The position numbers and the translations under genes were made by a program. The notes below the pieces were generated by a model, which saw only the letters and a program-made list of their open reading frames with translations, made no database searches and was not told where the DNA came from. A stretch of DNA of 64,000 nucleotides from Bigelowiella natans CCMP2755 (taxonomy: Eukaryota; Protista; Cercozoa), in assembly GCA_000320545.1 (NCBI GenBank), contig ADNK01000104.1:14698-78697 (forward strand), in the 5' to 3' direction. Positions 15,151 through 27,061 of the stretch are shown in pieces. The number at the start of each line of letters is the position of its first letter. The first letter of the stretch is position 1.

Positions 15151-16101
15151 CACACACACACAGACACCTATTACTTTCTCTTTCCCTCTCCTCTCCCTCC
15201 CCCTCTTCCCGATATTGTTCATGCTCAGATCTACATGTTTATGCTTAGATGTATATATTTACGATGATTTGGCTTACTTACAGTATCCAAAATGTAAATA
15301 GTGTGAAGAATTATTGGTCACACGATCGAGGGCTACATATTTTCATCACATCTTCGCTAAAAAATTGAAATACCCGTAAATTGCAAAGATCAACTTAAAT
15401 TGCGAAATCGCTAAACGGGTGCTGTCGCGATTTCTTTGTGGAAGAGTTAGCAGGAGGGGGGACAGGAAGGAATGTGCTTGACAATCATGGATAAAGGGGT
15501 AACATGGGCAGCTGGAGTAAAGAAGCAAAAGGTTTCACAGAACCTAATCGATGGTGACGGGCGAGTTCTCTCTCCGAGCAGACTCTCAATCGGCACTGAA
15601 AATTGGGTGAGAAAGAACCAGCCATCGAAACAAGCATTTACAAATAATGCGACATCACTCTGAGCTTGTCGTAGAATTCAAAAAAAGGGATTATGATCTC
15701 ATACCCACTGACAATTTTTCCGAAAACAAAAGTTCGGGCGTTCGAAGCAGACACGTTCGCGGGAATGTGTTATGGAAAGAATTTCGAAATTTCAGTGTGA
15801 AAGAATCCCTGAAAAATCAAAAGTGTTTTGATTTCATTTGGAGCGACTTGTATGAATCCTTGCCGCAAGTAAAATATGTATGAAGAAGATCCTGATACTT
15901 CACTAGATGTTGCGAGTGTGATTCTGGCATTTTTCGCGGGAATTGGATCATAGTCTAGCGCCGCGGATTTTCCTCCTGCGACATAGATGAATGCTTTAAA
16001 TCGATGCACAACTACAGGCGAACCTCTGTCGCACGTGAAAGAGCATCACCGCGCCTCATCGCCGTCTCTTCTCTGGGAGCGCGTAAGGGGAACGATTCCA
16101 A

Positions 16102-19100
16102 ATGGATATCCGCAATTTTTTCTCCCTGTCGGGTGGCTCGAAGAAGAAGAAGAAGAAGACAAAGACTGTGAAAAAGTCTTCTGGTGATGATGTGACGGAG
16201 AACGAGTCCCCAAAGAATGCTACCCCTAAGTCGGCGAGGAAAGCTTCCTCGCAGAAGAAAAAGAAGTAACTTTCTGAATTTTGCGCTTGACACCTTTCAT
16301 TGATCACCTAATGTTCAAATAGGCGTAAATCTGAAGGAAGTAGTACTCAAACCAGCCGTAAGAAGCGCAAATCAAAAATAGTAGTCTCCGACAGTGACAG
16401 CGAAGACGACATCGATGACGACATCGATGATCCTATTGATGACACTGTCGATGATGATGAGGACTTTGTGACACCAGTATCAAAGAAAAAAGTAGTCAAA
16501 TCTCCAGGGAAGAAAAGAACTGCAAAGAAGAAAGCATCGAAGAAGACTCCGCAAAAGTCGCCTAAGAAGACACCCAAAAAGGCAAAAAAGACCAAAAAGC
16601 CAAAAGGTGCTCCTCTATTTTCCTTAAACGAGTGAAACTAACATACCGTATTATCTATTCTTTTGTTCAGAGGAGATAAAAGAGATCTCGCCAGAAGACT
16701 TTTTCAACAGTGGTAGCAGCAGTAGCAAGAAAAAGGTCAAGAAATCTGAAGATACTAGTTCGAACGACGAGGATATTAATCTGGCCAAGGCTTTGTCTCT
16801 TTCCGAGTCAGAATCTCGGGAAGAAGCTTCGAAACCAAGTACATCACATTACTTTGAACAGACAGAAGGCAACACTGGTAAGAAGGAGAAGAAAAAAAAG
16901 GCGAAACGACGAGATACCACCAAAAAATTTAACTGGCAGTGGAAGTCCGATTTGAATGCGAAAAGCACGAAAGGCTGGACAGATTACTCTGAGGACGATA
17001 ACAAATTCCTGCAAGAAAATTGGGAGAGTGGAGAAGAAGTCGTTGAGCTTCCCAATGGCTACTCTGTGAATTTGGAGCAGATGATACAGTTCAAGACTAA
17101 AGACCCTCACAGACAAAGACCTATCCAGAAAGTAGTGAAGCCTCCATCATCGCGAAAGGGGGCAAAGACAACGAAGAGCGATGACAACGGTGATAACAAG
17201 GAGAAAAGAGATCTAAAACTGGAGAAACAAGCTAGTGTAAAGAAAGAGGATGAGAAGAAACAGAAAGTCAAAGTTGAGAAGGCTGATATGCCCAAGAAAG
17301 CGACTCCCCCACCCCCCTTGACTAAGCAGGCTTCTGAGCCTCTTCTGGTACGTTGTAAGAAAACGTTTTAAACAATGAACATATGCGTTTTGCTCTATGT
17401 TTGGGGAATATTTGCATTGTAGCTCAACAAGTGTACATCATCACGTCCCTATCTTTCAGACAACTGGCACCGCATCGTCGAACTCCGCGGCTGGGACGAA
17501 GAGAAAGTGGTCAGATTCATTACGTATTTCCTTACCCGAGAGTGTAGCAATCGAATATGGATTGCTTTGTCTCAATCGAGTCCTTACAATCACATTACCA
17601 TGCAGGTATCCCGGGATGCAGAGGGGAGCGCCTCCAAAGGCTGGACAGAAGGAGATTCCCGAAGGAAAACCAAACTGCCTCCAAGGCCTCACCTTTGTAA
17701 GCCCCCTTTTCGACTTTTGCAGTGACTCTTAAGCAATATACTTAATCAAGTAATGTTGCAGCCATTATGGTTGAGGAGATACCTACACTAACATTTTTTC
17801 ATTTGACCATAAGCGTTGGCCTTTCGACCGAAATGAATCTTTGTCATGTATATTTTTCTGGATCGTAGGGTGAACTTCCAAATGTTTTTTAGGTAATCAC
17901 TGGAACTTTAGATTCGCTAGAGAGGGACGAGGCCGGCGATTTGATCAAACAATATGGAGGGTATGTGAGCCTATTCGCCTTCATTTTTTGATTCCCCTTT
18001 TAAAAAATGGGTACATTTCAATTGAGGCAGCAACCTGTAGTTACGATTTTCCTCCCCCCCCCTTCCATGGCGAAGGCGTGTGACAGGGGGTGTGAGTGGA
18101 AAGACTTCGTATCTCATCGCCGGAGCGGAAGCAGGAGCAACTAAGATGAAGAAGGCTGAGCAAAAAGGTCGGAGAATGAGTAACCTCGCGACTACCTATT
18201 TGCTTTATACGGCCTCTTGCAAAGTAAAAGCATCGGCGATGCTTCTTCAGCGCTGATATCTTTGTTGCAAGAGCAAAAAATGTCGCTGTTTTCGGCACTG
18301 TTATGAAAACATTGGTACTGTTGACTTGTTTTGATTTCCTGTGTTCCTTTCTTTGCTTTGTGGTCATCTTGTCTCTGCTGTCTGAACACTGGCTAGGCGT
18401 GAAAGTCGTAGACGAAGACTTTCTTCTGAACTTGATCAGATCCAGGGAATCCCAGGCGGCACCAACTCCCAAGCCCAACAAGAAGCGCAAAACATCCAGT
18501 GAGCGCCATTTTCAATCAACTATCCCCGAACAAAATATTGTGCGATGATCGTGTTGAGGCAGTGAAGGAAAACACAAAGGGCCCATCTCTAAATCCACCC
18601 CCTTCCCCATCTGATAGGTTCCGTTAAGTCAGGAAAGCAGGAGGCGACGTCCGCATCGACTGCTTCCACGGGTGAAAGCGGAGCGATGCTCTGGGTTGAT
18701 AAGCATAAACCTAAGGGCCCGAGGGACCTCATTGGAAACAACTCCAACATCAAGAAACTCACCACATTCCTCAACGACTGGAGGACGGCAATGCAGAGAA
18801 AGAACACGAGCGGTATCAAGAAGAAGGCCGTCCTCCTCGCTGGGAATGCGGGCCTGGGCAAGTCTTCCGCCGCCGAGGTTGTCTGCCGGTCGCTAGGGTT
18901 CAACAAGATAGAGTCTAACGCCAGCGACGTGCGCAACAAGGCCCACCTCGAGCAAAAGATCGTCGCAATCGCGCGCAACCGCGGAATCATGGAGTTCATG
19001 GGGGGCGCGAAGAAGAAAGGGGCTGGCGGGCCCACCTGCCTTGTGATGGACGAGGTGGACGGCATGTCCGGTAATTCAGACCGGGGAGGAATGCAGCTCC

Positions 19101-19475
19101 TCATCAAGATCATTAAGAGTACGCAGGTTCCGATCATCTGCATCTGCAACGACTCCAACTCGCAGAAGATGCGCAGCCTCAAGAACTACTGCGAGGTACT
19201 CAAATTCCGACGGCCCACCGCCGCCCAGATCGCGCCGCGCATCATGAGGGTTCTGGAAGCGGAAGGTATGAGGGTGGAGAGGAATGCGCTGGAGCAAGTG
19301 GTCGATGCTACGAGGGGTGACATCCGCCAGATACTCAACCTCATGCAGATGTGGAAGAAGAAGAAGGACAACCTAAAGTACACTTGACAGCATCCTCCTA
19401 TTTTTTTTTAATTGATTTCCCTGAATGCTGAGAGTCGGGCAGTTGCCGTTTAGTGGACATAGAAACACACGAACA

Positions 19476-19528
<53 letters not shown>

Positions 19529-20577
19529 CCTTCGCCCTAACCCTTGATGTGGATCAATACTGAACTCTTCTATGCTATCCACCCTGCCCTGCTCATCTAC
19601 CTTGCAGCTACTCCGACGCCAAATTCAAGATGGGAAAGAACAGTGGCAAGGACTTCGACCTAGGACCCTTTGATGTTATCGGGAAGGTCTTCACCCCCGA
19701 CTTCAAGAAGGGCTTCGTGATTCGAAAGTCCGAGCCCTACTTCGTGGATTTCTCGCTGATGCCGCTCATGGTGGAGGAGAACTACCTCGGGGTGCGGCGG
19801 TTCGCAAACTCCCCTCTCGCCGACAAATCAAAGCGCGCGGACGTGCAGGAGCTTGAGGCGTTAGCGATGGCTGCGACCTCGTTCAGCGATGCCGACTTGT
19901 GCGACACGCAGCTACGCCGCAACCAGGACTACTCCCTCATGCCGTACCACGCGGCCTTCACGTGCGTCATCCCCGGGTCCTACCTCGCGGGGGGGCTCGG
20001 CCGGCCAGCCTTCCCGTCCTGGCTAGGAAAATTCAGCAGCCGGAACAAGAACAAGCGGTTCTTCGACCTGCTCAAGGCCAACATGAGCGTGGACTCGACC
20101 TCCAGCGCCACCGACCTCGCCCTCTACCAAATACCGCATCTCCGCCGCCAGATGCTGAAGCCGATGATAGACGAGGGGCTCGATGGTGTGGACACCGTGA
20201 TCAAGACCTTGGACGAATATAGCCTCGACCGAAACGACTGGGAGATGATCTCCGAGCTCGGCACACGATTCGGGAACCCGCTGAGTCTGAAGCAGATCCC
20301 TGGGAAGATCAAGGCTGCTTTCACCCGCACTTACAACCAGAAATCCCACATGCTCAAGGTCGCGAGGCAGGATCTGAAGGCCGTCCGTCGCAAGGCCAAG
20401 GCAGAAGCCAAGCGTGAGGCGGTTGGAGGAGACGGGGAGGATGACGTTGACGACGAGGACGAGATGCCCAGCAGCAGCAGTAGTAGTAAAGGGAAAACCA
20501 AGGGGAAAGCCAAGAAGAGGACGGCGCCGAAGAAGAAGGGAGGCGCGAAGAAGAAGGGGGGAAAGAAGAAAAAGTAA
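16102..20577 (+). CDS. RFC1: Replication factor C large subunit with added UIM and WWE domains
   Basis: N-terminus MDIRNFF; BRCT (GKPNCLQGLTF|VITGTLDSLERDEAGDLIKQYGG|RVTGGVSGKTSYLIAG); RFC box LWVDKHKPK; Walker A GNAGLGKS; Walker B LVMDEVDGMSGNSDRGG; PIICICND; RFC1 C-domain FPSWLGKFS and KIKAAFTRTYN. Confidence 0.96.
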
Positions 20578-20967
20578 TTTAGTGATGATTGAGGCAATTA
20601 GGACCGCAACCTATAGATTGAATGCGCGCGCTGGAATTGTATGCATTGCGGGATCATAGTTATTAAATTGAAGACAAGAACTATTCGAGAAATGATGATG
20701 CTTATCGCCGACTATGCATTAGCTAGTTAGCAGCAAATACAAAAAACAATGTAGCTAGGTAGCTGCATGCGCAATGCCGCCTAGCTAGCTAGCATGATCG
20801 TAACATCGAACTCTGCCCGCCACGTTTTTCAAGCAATGTGTGCCATGCGCTCATGCTACACATGCTAGCATGTGCACGGCATCAACATGCGGGCATGCTG
20901 GCATGCGGCATGCGGTCACAGCAGACGTCATGACCCCATGCACATCCATTGCAGCAGACCACCACAC

Positions 20968-21240
20968 CATACCCCACATTTCATTTCCCATCTGCCGTCA
21001 GTAGGGGAACGACACAAAATTTTCATTTCAAAAATTCACCTGCTACTGACGACCTACTGCTGAACTAAATTGCTAGAATGACATGGCAAAATCGCACGAG
21101 CATGACATGTCAAGTGCCCCACATTTGATTTCCCATCAGCAATCAGTAGCAAAATGTGCAAAAATGCGCAACATGAAAGCTTTGCCTACCATGTGTTTTG
21201 TGATAACAATCTTTGTTAAAAATGACATAGCAAAATCCAC
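20968..21240 (+). repeat. Two tandem ~146-bp copies of a dispersed repeat; an inverted copy is at 24931-25052
   Basis: CCCCACATTT(C/G)ATTTCCCATC starts near 20971 and near 21117; both units end AATGACAT(G/A)GCAAAATC; internal inverted pair CGTCAGTAG / CTACTGACG. Confidence 0.75.
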
Positions 21241-21369
21241 AGCAGAGCATCACGCCATCGCTACATCTAAATTCTAGCCACAGTAGTGTGCGCCTCACTC
21301 ATCGCTATGATCGCTTCAACCTTCCGGATTTCTCTAGATTCATTTTCTAAGTGCTTCCTGTAATTTACC

Positions 21370-23500
21370 CTAAAATCTTACTGGATCGAGTTTTACGACT
21401 ACGAACCTCAAGTGCTTGTGCCAGGTTTTCTTCCACGCTTCCTGGTCAGATTTTGACACGTCTTTGTAAACGAAATTCACACGGAATGTATGATAATGCT
21501 TCTCCAAAGTGTAGTAGTAAATCGTGACAACTTTCGTATCCACAAGAACCTCGTCTTTGTGTTTGACTTTAAAGTCGTGAACATTTCCTTTAGCCATCTG
21601 ATGCAGCACCTCAGCACTTGAAGCACCATCTATGTTTGTGTAGTTCGGAGGGCAAATGACCAGCGTGCTCGAATCCTTCAATTCGCGGATTTCCTCCAAG
21701 CACTTATTCTTTTCTTCCTTACTATTTTCGCGATGGTGAATCACTCGTTTGTGTCGACTAAATGAGACAGTGGTAGTCTTGCCTTTCAATTCTTCTGGTA
21801 AATGTGAGCCGACATGTCGGCCTTCAAAATTTCCCCCATTCTTTATGAGGTGAAACCACCTTCTTTCTGCCTCTAAACCAGACATACTTTCACTCTGCTT
21901 AGACTGTTCCTCGGCAAGCGCCCCTACCACTCTGGATTCTACATAAGGGCTCAGGAAATCCAGGACAAAATCCGAACTAGTGTGCGAACCGTCTTCAAGA
22001 ATGGGGCGGATGCAGAACACGGAACTTGGTAAAGCGACATCCCTAGGTTGTATCATCTCCACGTTTTCGCCAATCTTGCCCTGAAACATTCGCAACATGT
22101 GGTCTTGGGAGTCTTGAAACTTCTTGAACTTTTGCTCGTCCACAATGTGCCGCAACATCCCCCCGGCTATCTCGGATCGGCTTTTTAAGTCCTCGACAGT
22201 ACAGTTTCCATCCGCCCCGCCACTCTCATTGTTTCCCGCAGAAATATCGTTGAATTCATCTTCTTGGATGACATCCGCATACAAGGTGAGATCCCGCTTC
22301 TTCGTTCCGGCCTTAAGGAGTTTCTCGACTTGCTTCCACTCCTTATTGGGCGAGCTTGCCACTACCACAAAGGCTTTTGTGATGTTGACATTTAGGTGCC
22401 CGAATCCGTTCTCGGGATCGACGACAAGGTGTGTCGAAGTAGAGTCAAAGCTTTTCCATTCTTCACTGTGGAATGTTAAGGGGGTAACTACAGATGTTGA
22501 ACACTTGACTGTACCGTTCTCGACGTAGATGCAGTAAAGGATACCCTCTGGCACGGAATAGAACGCAACCTTCTCGTCATTTTTAAGCGCCACCTTGATG
22601 TACATTAGCAAAAAGGCCACATTCTTGGCTATACCACTTTGCCCAGAGAGTATACAGCAATCAATGCTCGACTTTCCCTCACGGTGAAGTTGATAACATT
22701 CTCGAAATCTGCGTACTGCTTCTGAAAATGCCTTGCGGTAGAAAAGAGTAACAGGGTGCTTGGACCCCCGAATCCAACTAGCACGATGCCCAGGTACGAG
22801 GATGTTCTTCGTTATGCGCACCAGCTGCATTGCAGTCCCTTTTGTGAACGGAGTGTCTCTCAAAGCTTGGAAAAATTCTTCGGCATCCGTGTCAATCTTG
22901 AATCGTTTGCCTGTGTATCCACGTAAAGCGGGACTATCAAACGATACTTAGAGAGGATGAGTCTAGTCACCTTTTGTTTTGCTTCCTCGTTCGTAATCCG
23001 ATATGCTTTTGCGCTTCTCCCCTGAAATCAAATCACAATAAAATTAGAACAATAGATTATTTGCACAGAGACATTGGGCATCACCCCCCCCTCCGCTTTC
23101 CTCAATTTCCATGGCTGAACACACACGCAAAAATATCTCAGCACAACGATTGTTCCTCAGATGTTGACAAAATTCATAACCTTGGGTTGCCTTCTCATAT
23201 TTCTTTGTTATTTCCTCCAGCTTTGCCTTCTCCGCCTGGATTTCCTCGTCCAATTTGTCAATAGCACCCTTGAGCGCCTCTTCTTTCTCCTTATTCTTCT
23301 CCTTTGCCCAAGCGATGCTCAAAGCTTTTCTTTCTTCCCTCAGTTCCAAGATTTCCTTCTTTGTAAGTTGGATCTGAATTCCCCATACCTCAGAACGCTG
23401 AGAACACATCAAAGCTGCTTAAGCTCCCGAACGCAAGCCTCGTAGGATAAGTACCTGTACTTTCGAACTTCTCCCTTCATTTTCATCATCGTATTGCTTC
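21370..23500 (-). CDS. Crinkler/RHS-type (CR) protein: N-terminal coiled coil + P-loop NTPase + PD-(D/E)xK-like REase; 5' end uncertain
   Basis: The 497-aa exon has LFYR, degenerate Walker A ILSGQSGIAKN, HLVVDP, VVVASSPN, RSEIAGGMLRHIV, FLSPYV, GLEAE and PPNYTNIDG...HQMAKGNVH. Upstream spliced exons encode a coiled coil (KKEILELREERK...KKYEKATQ) and join in frame via short GT-AG introns at ~22910-22970 and ~23025-23180. Confidence 0.7.
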
Positions 23501-23732
23501 AATTGTAGATTAACTTGTGTGGATTGCAATCTTATTCGAAATAATCAACAGACCTACCCAGCATTTGGTGAATACACTCCTCAGGACATTGAATTTGAAG
23601 ATGCTTTGAGGATCAATGGGTGAAACCTGGGTACGAAAACACCATCACTGGACTGGAGCTTTGAGGCATCGTGTGTCTGGGAAAATGATAAATGATATTA
23701 ATGTCTTTGCCATATCGGCCACACGTGTCAGT

Positions 23733-23913
23733 TCTTCACCGGAGACTCTCCATGCGGGCATTCCGGGATATATAAATGGGAGTCCCTAATATCTTCGGAC
23801 ACTAACCGACACTAAGGGGCACTAATGGACAATAATGCTCTCTCCGGGGATTCGCAGCTGGGAGAGTCTCCGTGAAGATCTTCACAGACGAGACTCATTA
23901 GAGTCGATGAAGA
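23733..23913. repeat. Hairpin/MITE-like element: 18-bp inverted repeat enclosing four 10-bp direct repeats, followed by a second collapsed hairpin
   Basis: TCTTCACCGGAGACTCTCC (23733-23751) pairs with GGAGAGTCTCCGTGAAGA (23861-23878). The interior has GGACACTAA, CGACACTAA, GGGCACTAA and GGACAATAA. It is followed by TCTTCACAGACGAGACTC...GAGTCGATGAAGA. Confidence 0.7.
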
Positions 23914-23929
23914 AGCGGGAGGACCTTCC

Positions 23930-24800
23930 TCGGATGGGGTAGATTATTATCAATTCTATCCACAGAAACATTATCAGCAGTAAACTTACATTTACACAGG
24001 GGACAAAAAGGATATTTACCAGCAATTCTACTTACCCATTTATCATCAATATATTCTTCATCTTTCCAAGTTCTACCAGCTCTTTTATCTTGGGATTTAT
24101 ATGAAGATACTTTCATTCGTAGTTTTTGAGTAATCATAGCATTCTTTATAGCTGTGCTGATATATTTGTATCTGTGAAAGGTCAGTTGAACGAGTTATAG
24201 CAGTCCAGAGCCACTTGCGATTAATTCTACAGGTGTTAGCATCGAATACGGTGATAGGGCCATCTACTGATAATCCTTGAAAACTATGACAGGTAGAGGC
24301 ATATGATAATCTAAAATGCTTACTAATTAATTCTATAGGAATTCTTATTTCTTCCATATCACATACATCTTGTATTACAAAATCTTTTTTGTTTACTTTG
24401 ATAATTTCATAAGTGTAGTTCACATATAGTTTTGGTTTCTTCTTATACTTTTTACATACAATCTCCATACCAGCATAGTAGCAAATACCATCTACACAAA
24501 CTTTTTTTCTCGGTTACTTTTGTAGGCCGTGTATATGCTTACCTACTGAACGGGATCTAAAGTTGTAGAAGGTAATATTGTTAAGTGTCTTTACTTTATC
24601 CATACTTTTCACAACTTTAAAATATTTTTTTAATACATCAAATGGTTTAGTTTTTACATCAAACATTTCTTGTTTTAATTGTGCGAGAGCATTTCTTTCC
24701 TCATCTGTTTTTACTCTTTCACATATTTTAAGAGTGATTTGGTTAGGAAACACAGCATTCATCGCTTCAGTTGTTCTGACATCAAGGTCTTTGATGTGTT
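23930..24800 (-). pseudogene. AT-rich, intronless fragment of an SF1B (RecD/Pif1-like) helicase C-terminus fused to a Zn/HNH-like nuclease; probably from an endogenous DNA virus or Polinton-like element
   Basis: Helicase motifs FRLSYASTCHSFQGLSV and KWLWTAITRS; then YKSQDKRAGR...CPLCKCKF...VSVDRIDNNLPH. There is a premature TAA at 24514-24516, a frameshift near 24140, and both ends are truncated. Confidence 0.7.
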
Positions 24801-24930
24801 ATTAAACAGATATTTGTTTTTGTTTTCAAATGAGGGCTAAGTGTGGATGGACCTGTGACTGCTGTTTGACACAAACAGGTTGTTTTCATAAAAGACATGT
24901 GATGTGCCCATCTAGCTAGCTGTGTTTTCA

Positions 24931-25052
24931 CCATGTCGTCATTCTGGCAATTTGGTTCAGCAGCAGGTCGTCAGTAGGCAAATTTTCATGTTGCGCATTT
25001 TCGCATTTTTGGCGCGTGCCGATGGCAGGGAAATGAAATGTGCGGGGCATGG
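24931..25052 (-). repeat. Inverted copy of the 20968-21240 repeat
   Basis: The reverse complement reads CCCCGCACATTTCATTTCCC...AAAATGCGCAACATGAAAATTTGCCTACTGACGACCTGCTGCTGAACCAAATTGCCAGAATGAC, matching both left-hand units. Confidence 0.8.
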
Positions 25053-25963
25053 TCCATGCACACATGCACGGTAGCGCACCATGTCGTCATTGTTGTCATC
25101 CGACGAAGCCCTTCATCTCTCTTGAGCTTGGCGCATGCAAAAACAATCATCCTGGACCACGTGTTGTGTTGCACGTGATGTCATGCACACATTGCACAAC
25201 AAGTGATTCAACCCCAACGGAGTTGGAAAAAAATGTGATTGGTTCATTTTGAATGGCGGAATCAAGGCTTTCGATTGCGCGCGCCCAATAACTTCAGCTC
25301 CAACCGACCTCTGGCGGCTGCGAGAAAACTCATTTTTTGATGATGGACACAGCAATGCATGTCTGTCATTTTGTGAAGGTGCGTTTGAACTAGATGTGGC
25401 GTTGGGGTGAGGTTGCAGGTCTTGAGATGGAATTTTGTGGCATTGCGCGTGCAGAACGAAGCGCACCATCAAAATTGACGCACGCGCCTTGTTCAAGCGT
25501 GGGTCATGCTGTCGCATCCAGCAAGCCAGCCATGCAGCCAGCAAGCACTACGACCATTGTCTAGATTGTAGCTGCAGCTAGATGTTGCGTTGCTTGCATC
25601 ATTGTGATCACCGTGCCATGGCTAACAATCATCATTGCTACGTGCATTGCGCCATGGCGTCAGAACGTTGGACTGTGACAGGTGCTAGCATGTGCTGATC
25701 TGAAACGCTCACTAAAAAGTTCGATCTACAGGAATTCTTGTTTCTTCCATTTCGCACACATCAATGACAAAAAATTCTTTTTTACTCACTTTTGTGATTC
25801 GTAGGTGTAGTTTACACATAATTTTGGTATTATGCAAAATGCCATGCGCGCGGTTTGAACTGGTTGTGGCAGGGCGAGAAGTCCAGACAAGCTCTTAGTC
25901 ATCGATGTCATTTTTGAAGCGCGCGCAGCAGAGAGAATATAGTTTTATTCATCTTGTACAAAT

Positions 25964-26797
25964 TCAAAGGTCAGTCGAGTGCCTCGCAACAGCAAATCCT
26001 ATGCTATTCGTATCCCGGTCAAAGCTCGTGAAGAATTTCCGGAAGAAGACATCTCCCAGAATCCATAGTGGGCCACGGGGACTAGGTACGTCAAGCGCCA
26101 TGAAGCCCGGTTTACACTGCTGCCCTCGTGTTTGTGAAGCAATCATGTAGTACTTCGACTCTAGCCTGAAGCTATATTCCCCCCTGAGGAAGAGATGAGT
26201 TTTCAGCATCACAACCTCCTCGCCTTTCAGTTTGTGTTTTTGTTTTTTTGGTAATGTGTTAGCTGTTGTCCACCATGCACCTTTGGTCCTGTAGCACGTA
26301 GCTGATGTCGGGAAGGTCTTCGGTCTCGTCGCAAGAGGTTGTTGATATTCTATTCAAGATCACCGAAACCACCTGGAGATTTATTTTTGGTTACATAAAC
26401 ATCGTTAATGTTTATAACGCAACACGTTGAATATGGTTCTTCTGCGGGTGCTGCTTCGAATGCCTCTGTTACTACAACAGCTTGTGATAAATGCGATTTC
26501 GTCACCTGGCTGGGCCCTGTGAGTAGAGAAGTGCCCGTGTCCGCGACGACTTTACATGTCTCACTTCCTGAAAAAGAAAGCTTCGGTTACGCTTCGGTTA
26601 CGCTTCGAAACCAACGTCTATGGCTTTCCAATCTTACAACCATCATCATCGTTTTTATCATCGACAACTTCATGGAACAATTGGGAGGCGTACCTGGGCA
26701 GAGAGGCATCGTATCGGCCAGCGACACATCCTGACACATCGTAGAGCGGTGGATTATGCACGTGTGTGGAGTGTGGAGGAGATAATGACGACGACGA

Positions 26798-26836
<39 letters not shown>

Positions 26837-27024
26837 CCCATAGTGATGCCTATGGTGATGATGATGGACATTTTCATTATCATCGCTAGTATCATCGCTA
26901 GTTTATATCAGTATTACCCCAATTTTGATGTCCTTCAGAACTAGCTCCCAGTAGAACTTCTTTGAGACTTCGACGAATACCATCGGGGGCTTGAAGAGCT
27001 CCGGGCTTGGCTGCGATGTAAATA

Positions 27025-27061
<37 letters not shown>

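Noticed and set aside
18686-20577. Low TpA in the RFC1 3' exons
   Set aside because: Explained by GC3-rich codon usage in an intact gene; Tyr TAC codons are retained, unlike in the islands.
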